Shown: positions 62,787-64,000 of the stretch, piece by piece
Layout of the letters: each line of letters begins with the position of its first letter
Numbering within the stretch: the first letter of the stretch is position 1
From: Balanoglossus misakiensis
Lineage: Eukaryota; Animalia; Hemichordata
Assembly: GCA_040954595.2 (NCBI GenBank)
Contig: CM082587.2
Location: 7,615,705-7,679,704 of the forward strand
Length of the DNA: 64,000 nucleotides
Reading direction: 5' to 3'
The notes under the pieces: generated by a model
What the model saw: the letters and a program-made list of their open reading frames with translations, nothing else
What the model was told of the DNA's origin: nothing
Database searches by the model: none
Program-made: the position numbers and the translations under genes

Positions 62787-64000
62787 CTAGAACCAGTAAT
62801 AAAGGGCAATGCATAAACGACTACATCAGATACGGGAATGGTAAACTGGCTGATGCATATTTAGACAGAGAGACGGTGAATAAAGAAAATACCAGAGGAC
62901 GATTGAATTTAATTCCTTTGCAAGGTTTACATGTAGGTCTTGGTCAGCAGATACGCTAAATGACGTCACACTGACGAGTATGGTAATTTCCGTTGTGTGA
63001 TGATTAGTTCATTAAGTAAAGCAGTGGGCGGTGTGTTAAAATTCGAAAGATGTACACTGTCCATCTTCGAATCTTCTATAGGTAAATCGTTCTTGGTCAC
63101 GAGTTTTATCTTATCTTTAAAAGGCGCTTTGTTAGGATTTCGAGACGACAGAGGCAAATTTGATCATTGCACGAAAACGGGTGTAAATTTCATTCACTCT
63201 GTGGTAAGAATGGATTGATGATGTCACGGTGTATTTTATTAGGGTGTTTGACGTTCATCATGCCCGGAGGTAATACGTACATATCCGTTCCGTCTCATTA
63301 ATTTATATTTAGACGCGGCGAGCAGTATATACACGTATGCTTCCTGTGTGGATGAAGCAGGATTGACTGTGACATCAATGTATTTACGTACACATACAAC
63401 GATATTACACATTACAAGTTAATTTGTCATATTCGGCTGCATAAGTCTATCAGTGAATGACATGGAAGACAGTAACGTTTCCATGACTCGTCGCAAGACA
63501 GAAAGCAAGTCCTTCAGTTTCTTTCGGTGTTTTCATGACACTCCAATTGAAGGTGTTTGTCCAGTTGCCGTTGGCCCCTCCTACACTACAGTCTAAATTT
63601 CACACAACGCCACCACGTGTGGAATCTGGGCCACAAACGCGTTGCAAAGCAAGAGCGTCTCAGTCTGAAGGATGGAATACAACGGCGATAGTACTTCTCT
63701 TGGGACGGACGGCACACTTCTTCTGTGCGAATATTGTAAGGATGGTCGTCCGTGAAATTCTCCTCGTTTGCAACAGTTCGTGCATCTCTCCTTATTTCGC
63801 GCAGGCAGAACTACTTGACTTTTTTATGCCGGCAAATCTGCTGGTAATTCAAGGCGAACGCATCCAGAGTGGAATCTGCGCAGAAGGCTTGAAACACGAT
63901 GGCGGTCACGGGTAGATTATTCCATTTCCGCCAGGGTGACCCTCTTGTAGGACGTTCGCTCAATTCGAAAATTTTCACGTAAATGACCACAAATACACGA

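Noticed and set aside
63535-63915. 126-aa + strand ORF
   Set aside because: No recognisable motif or splice context; not supportable without a search.

Overview
Eukaryotic, intron-rich genomic DNA; GT-AG introns, microsatellites and MITEs suggest an invertebrate animal (inference). (1) A complete 29-coding-exon xanthine dehydrogenase/aldehyde oxidase family molybdo-flavoenzyme gene on + (6824-24837, about 1322 aa by my manual splice model). It is preceded by the last 5 exons of a near-identical tandem copy (558-3677), with a duplication unit of about 21.5 kb. The enzyme keeps the Fe-S cysteines and the catalytic Glu, but its purine-binding and NAD-binding residues are replaced, so it looks like an aldehyde-oxidase-like XDH derivative. 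Its intron 2 is a U12-type intron with an atypical donor. (2) A 7-exon, 198-aa uncharacterised charged-protein gene on + (32372-49682). Its 13-kb intron 3 holds a 12-kb array of an 88-bp satellite, with an inverted left arm ending in the same register as the right end (foldback-like), several higher-order repeat blocks and two dyads per unit. (3) Several non-autonomous DNA transposons: TA-flanked and TTAA-flanked MITEs, a Helentron/HINE-like element nested in a MITE, and a probable excision footprint visible by comparing the two gene copies. No confident gene in 50-64 kb. All alignments were done by eye.
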